A stretch of 64,000 nt of DNA, taken from positions 1 to 64,000 of the forward strand of contig JABIHA010000028.1 of assembly GCA_018649885.1 (NCBI GenBank). Direction: 5' to 3'. How positions within the stretch are numbered: the stretch's first letter is position 1; each line of letters begins with the position of its first letter. A model generated the notes under the pieces. The model had not been told where the DNA came from, ran no database searches, and saw nothing but the letters and a program-made list of their open reading frames with translations. A program made the position numbers and the translations under genes. Positions 60,015 to 64,000 of the stretch are shown here, one piece after another. The stretch is from Bacteriovoracaceae bacterium. Lineage in GTDB: Bacteria; Bdellovibrionota; Bacteriovoracia; Bacteriovoracales; Bacteriovoracaceae.

Positions 60015-60136
60015 ATCCTACATATCACAATATCTTATTTCGCGTCGTATACGCAAAAGTGTAGTGGAGCCCTATATAAATTTACAATTTAAATCTAACT
60101 GATAGCATCTCCATAGTTAATTATCTTGGAGGCCAA

Positions 60137-60694
60137 ATGACTCAGTACCATAGCAAAATGATCATGTCCTTATTAGTTTCATTCTTATTTTGTAATCAAA
60201 ATTTTGCTAGTGAAATTCAACTAAAACCAAGTGGCACAAGTCACTGCGTAAACTTTTCAGGCGCATGGGTAGGAGGTTGTGGAAAAAAGGCCCCCATTCT
60301 AGTTCCGAATAAATGGATTATAATTCAAAATTCATGTGACTCATTTTCAAGTGTCTTCCTCTACATTAATACAAAAACGGGGTTGATTAATGGTACATCG
60401 GCCAGTGACTATTTCATTGGAGAGGGGATTACAGGGAACTATACAGTTTACCACAAGGGTTTACCTAGTACTATTGTGAAGGATCAAGTTCGCTGGAATA
60501 AAGATAAAAAGATTTTAACTGTTAATGAGTCTACTTCGTATAGGGTTGGATCTAAAATTGTTAAAGCAAAATTTAGAACCGAACTTCGCCTGATTGGTAA
60601 GCAGTTGATTGCTCCTACCTGGTTTAACAATGATAAATTGCCAATAGACTGTCGTTTTACGAGAGTACCCATTAATTTAGAAGTTATGAAATAG
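60137..60694 (+). CDS. Secreted beta-rich hypothetical protein
   Basis: Signal peptide; CVNFSGAWVGGC motif; GGAGG SD. Confidence 0.72.
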   Translation: MTQYHSKMIMSLLVSFLFCNQNFASEIQLKPSGTSHCVNFSGAWVGGCGKKAPILVPNKWIIIQNSCDSFSSVFLYINTKTGLINGTSASDYFIGEGITGNYTVYHKGLPSTIVKDQVRWNKDKKILTVNESTSYRVGSKIVKAKFRTELRLIGKQLIAPTWFNNDKLPIDCRFTRVPINLEVMK

Positions 60695-60701
60695 ACCACT
60701 A

Positions 60702-62153
60702 TTAAGAAATCTTTTTCTTAGCAGTTCCCAATAAGAGGTATCTGGTCCTGGGTCCTTTTCCCTCTTTTAAAATCCACCCTCTTTCAATCCAATTGTTTAG
60801 ATGCCTATTGGCCATAACTTTGGAGATTTCGTAATAGCTTGCGAGATCTCCTACTGTAAATGAATCATATTCATTTAAAAATGATGGCCTTGATTTTGAA
60901 TCCCATACAACAGAAATTTTGGATAGTTGCTGCTCCTCCAGGCGATATAATTTTCCCGCCTTTTCTATTTTAAATCCGTGTCTTTTTTTTATTCGCAGAA
61001 ATAATTTATCTATGCGATCCATTAGTTGAAAATATGAGAAGAATTCATCAGGCCAAAGTAATGTACAAAGAAGCTGTTTTGTTATTCCTAAATAATCAGA
61101 TCTTCTAAGTATTGAGATGGCCTTGAGCTCTAATGGGATGCCAAGATACCTCTTTCCATTTAGGATATATTCATCAGCATGTGTATCTATAAAGTGTGTT
61201 TCTTCTAAAAGTCGAGGAGTCTCAAAAACAGGACTATAATTATGGATCCCAGGGTTTTGGTAGGGGTACATTTTTAAGATCTTTTTGTAAACTTTCGGTA
61301 ACTCCATCGCTTGTTGAAAAATTTCTAAATTGAGGATAATACTTTCAACTTTTCGGCGATTGTTTTCTAAAAGGTCAATACGACACTTCATAAAAAGGGC
61401 CAAGTAATCACATGCTTTTTCCCCGTCTCCTAGATGAGCGTGGATGGGACCCAGGTAGCCATAGAATTGTCCAAAATCATTTTTTCTAGGACCATCTAGT
61501 TTTTCAATAGACTTGTATATTTCAAATGATTTTTCTATATTTTTAAGAGCGTTTTGATAATCACCTTTGTAGAAGTCTATGGTGCCTTGTAAATTTGATT
61601 CAAAATGTGCAAACATCGGAAGTTCAAATGGTTTTATTTTGTCAAAGAGGTTTTGCGCTTTCTCAAAATCACCGGCCAAGGTATAGCAATAGATGAGATT
61701 AAAATATTTTCTCCAATCTTCTAAAACATGAGAATTTTCTTTTCCCTCTACTGATGCTTCATAACAATCAATGGCCTGAGCTAAATGATAGTTTGTTAAA
61801 AAAATTCCACCGAGAAATCTGTGTTCTTTATGAGTATTAACCTTGATCCTTTTTGCAAATTGAAGAGAAAAAGTACTGGCACCCTGGAAGTTAAGTATTA
61901 CCATCATGTAAAAAAATCTCTTACCTTCAAGTGTTTTGGTGTCAATTATTGCTTTGGTAGGAAATTCGTCCAGTGCAATAATTTTATAACACTTTCCAAG
62001 ATTATCTAATTCGAAATACCAGTGAAAAACTAGATCACACAAATGCTTACTGAGTCCTCTCTTTTTTATGAGAAGATCAATCTCTTTAGAGGCATCAGCT
62101 TTTAGCCCTTTGCTCACAAGTTGGTGAATCTCTTTAATCTCATCCTGTCCCAT
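60702..62153 (-). CDS. TPR plus winged-helix putative regulator (paralog of 16757-18190)
   Basis: GDFEKAQ and GDYQNALK TPRs; LLWPDEFFSYFQLMDRIDK; GWILKEGKGPRTRY. Confidence 0.7.
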   Translation of the reverse strand: MGQDEIKEIHQLVSKGLKADASKEIDLLIKKRGLSKHLCDLVFHWYFELDNLGKCYKIIALDEFPTKAIIDTKTLEGKRFFYMMVILNFQGASTFSLQFAKRIKVNTHKEHRFLGGIFLTNYHLAQAIDCYEASVEGKENSHVLEDWRKYFNLIYCYTLAGDFEKAQNLFDKIKPFELPMFAHFESNLQGTIDFYKGDYQNALKNIEKSFEIYKSIEKLDGPRKNDFGQFYGYLGPIHAHLGDGEKACDYLALFMKCRIDLLENNRRKVESIILNLEIFQQAMELPKVYKKILKMYPYQNPGIHNYSPVFETPRLLEETHFIDTHADEYILNGKRYLGIPLELKAISILRRSDYLGITKQLLCTLLWPDEFFSYFQLMDRIDKLFLRIKKRHGFKIEKAGKLYRLEEQQLSKISVVWDSKSRPSFLNEYDSFTVGDLASYYEISKVMANRHLNNWIERGWILKEGKGPRTRYLLLGTAKKKIS

Positions 62154-62240
62154 ATTTAACTTATCGCCGATTTACTCCATTGCTTGACTCCTTTTGTATA
62201 GAAAGAGTCGTTTATTTTAAGCAAACTAAAGAAATTAAAT

Positions 62241-63065
62241 TTATTCATCATCTTTTGATGCTGGAGGTGGCGTTTTTGAGGGTTTTGCAGATGATGATTT
62301 CGACTGTTCCATTGAGCCATTGACGGATTCGTCTTTTAAAAGGCGATAAAAAGTACAGTGTGTATTACCAACAATTGGGTCTGCAACTAAGTCTTCTCCT
62401 TGATATTGGAAAATCGGGACAGAATGACCTTGGTCTTCCCTGCCATCTTCACTTATAGAAGCAGCCTTAACAACTTTAAAATCAAGCTCAACTCCTAATT
62501 GCTTTGCTATATCTATTGCCATCCTGGCATAGACGACACAGTTGCCTCGAGACTTAGCATAAATTTGCCTTGTCATTCCATGTGCTAGCATTCGAGTTTC
62601 AACTTTATTTGAATATTTGAGGAAATTATTTACAATGCATCTTGATAAGCAAACCTTTTGGCAAGGTCTTAAGCTATTTTTACCCGTGTAAACTTTTGCG
62701 TGTGTCATTAAGCTTGCTCTAACTTCAGCACCATCTCCGCTGGAGCCTTCCGCTAATGCTTGGATTTCTTTTTTTGTCCATTGAATGGGTATGCCTTTAC
62801 TCCTTATCCAATTCATAACAGGGGTATCTTCATTTTCTGAAAAATAGAGATAAGCAAGGTCATCATTTCTTCCTATACTTTCTACTTCGCAAGCTTTTTC
62901 TCCCCAGTTAGGGTCAGCTACTGTAACTCCATCTTTAATACCAAAGCACTTCTCTAGTACGTTTGCAATCCCTGCTTCTGAATCCCAACTCTCTGGTTTT
63001 TTTGAGTAAGAACTGGCGGAAATGGAAATCATGATGCCAATGAATGGCCAGTATAATTTTCTCAC
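62241..63065 (-). CDS. Secreted transglutaminase-like cysteine protease
   Basis: GNCVVYA (Cys), GHSV (His), VADP (Asp); signal peptide. Confidence 0.72.
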   Translation of the reverse strand: MRKLYWPFIGIMISISASSYSKKPESWDSEAGIANVLEKCFGIKDGVTVADPNWGEKACEVESIGRNDDLAYLYFSENEDTPVMNWIRSKGIPIQWTKKEIQALAEGSSGDGAEVRASLMTHAKVYTGKNSLRPCQKVCLSRCIVNNFLKYSNKVETRMLAHGMTRQIYAKSRGNCVVYARMAIDIAKQLGVELDFKVVKAASISEDGREDQGHSVPIFQYQGEDLVADPIVGNTHCTFYRLLKDESVNGSMEQSKSSSAKPSKTPPPASKDDE

Positions 63066-63206
63066 CTCATAAACCTATAAAAGTAATTGTTTAAATTGAA
63101 AATTTTTTGTCCTTTTTACTAAGTAATATACAATAAATATCGGGAACTTGTTTGTTTGGCCTAAGTAATTATATGAATTGATCAATAAAATTGATTTGGG
63201 GTGATA

Positions 63207-63440
63207 CTATTTATATATTTTAAATTTCTTTTTTTTAAGAAATTTGTGTTCGCCAAGAGATTGTTCAGCGATTTTAGTGATATTATCTCCTTCAAAACAC
63301 TCAATAATATGAGTTTTCAGAATATCTCCATAGGTGGGGATGTATTTGCGTTTGGTTGCATCATCAATACAGGCTCCGTTTGTAAGCGCCGTATTTTGAT
63401 TAATTAAAAAAGCTAAAGTAAGTAATGTAATTCTGATCAT
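63207..63440 (-). CDS. Short secreted or truncated hypothetical protein
   Basis: MIRITLLTLAFLI N-terminus; ends just after an A-run. Confidence 0.35.
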   Translation of the reverse strand: MIRITLLTLAFLINQNTALTNGACIDDATKRKYIPTYGDILKTHIIECFEGDNITKIAEQSLGEHKFLKKKKFKIYK

Positions 63441-63606
63441 GCTTTCTTTCCAGATATACAGGGTACGCTCCATATCATTAAAAGTTGCGTTAAAATTAAG
63501 GTATTTTTAAAAGATCCTTTTTTAATTAAAAATTAAGTTCTAGCGCTAGTAGCAATAATGTATGTTTCGCTTAAAACCGGTATTAACTTTTTAAAAGAAG
63601 ACTTTT

Positions 63607-64000
63607 ATGAACAAAATTATTCTCTTCATTTCTTGTACTCTTATTTTTAATGTCTATTCCAGTGAAAGTAAGAAAAGTCCTATTCTTCTTTTACCAGGGG
63701 CAACCACTAATCATCTTTTTTATGAATTAGGTGGGGCCAATAGCTTGTCATCACAAATCGAGAAAACTGGTCATTCATTTTATGTTTTAGATACAAATGA
63801 AATCAATACTCAGAAAGAATATATAGATTCAGTTATTGAGAGAACTAGTGAGTTAACTATAAAATACCAAAAAAGACCCATCCTCGCTGGGTACTCTATG
63901 GGAGGGATGTTCGCAAATAAAATCTTATCTTTAAGTCCAAATTTATATGAGGGATTTATTCTTCTTGATTCCGTTGGTGTTAGCCAGGATCGTGAGCTCA
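63607..64000 (+). CDS. Partial secreted alpha/beta hydrolase (runs off the window)
   Basis: MNKIILFISCTLIFNVYS signal; PILLLPG; AGYSMGG nucleophile elbow. Confidence 0.8.
   Translation, partial: MNKIILFISCTLIFNVYSSESKKSPILLLPGATTNHLFYELGGANSLSSQIEKTGHSFYVLDTNEINTQKEYIDSVIERTSELTIKYQKRPILAGYSMGGMFANKILSLSPNLYEGFILLDSVGVSQDREL

Noticed and set aside
412..63407. Many short antisense or out-of-frame ORFs in the track (e.g. 412-720, 2297-2524, 19146-19382, 54704-54910, 54956-55225)
   Set aside because: Shadows of better-supported genes or relics on another frame or strand
1..64000. CRISPR array, tRNA/rRNA, prophage, integrase, reverse transcriptase/DGR, known defence systems
   Set aside because: No spaced direct repeats, cloverleafs or hallmark proteins seen; the repeats present are inside genes and in frame

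Overview
AT-rich bacterial accessory region with no rRNA, tRNA, CRISPR, phage or core housekeeping cluster. Most ORFs carry Sec or lipoprotein signals: a giant CARDB-repeat lipoprotein, two RCC1/BLIP-II double propellers, a TolB-like propeller, astacin, C13 and thermolysin-like peptidases, alpha/beta hydrolases, a transglutaminase-like protein and many Cys/Lys-rich orphans. That content, plus a DUF4423-like HTH protein, suggests a predatory Bdellovibrionota genome (inference). The best candidates for an undescribed system are: (1) two tandem Bcs1-like AAA+ ATPases that both start with apparent cleavable signal peptides (39687-42404); (2) a two-gene secreted operon that looks like a split vitellogenin/MTP-type large lipid transfer module, divergent from a TPR/winged-helix regulator (13543-18190); (3) an exported dikinase with the glucan-water-dikinase domain order (20212-23067). 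Also present are a RAYT-type Y1 transposase, two frameshifted genes, several gene remnants missing from the ORF track (including a PAS domain), and possible ATC/ATT start codons. All family calls come from reading motifs by eye; no searches were run.
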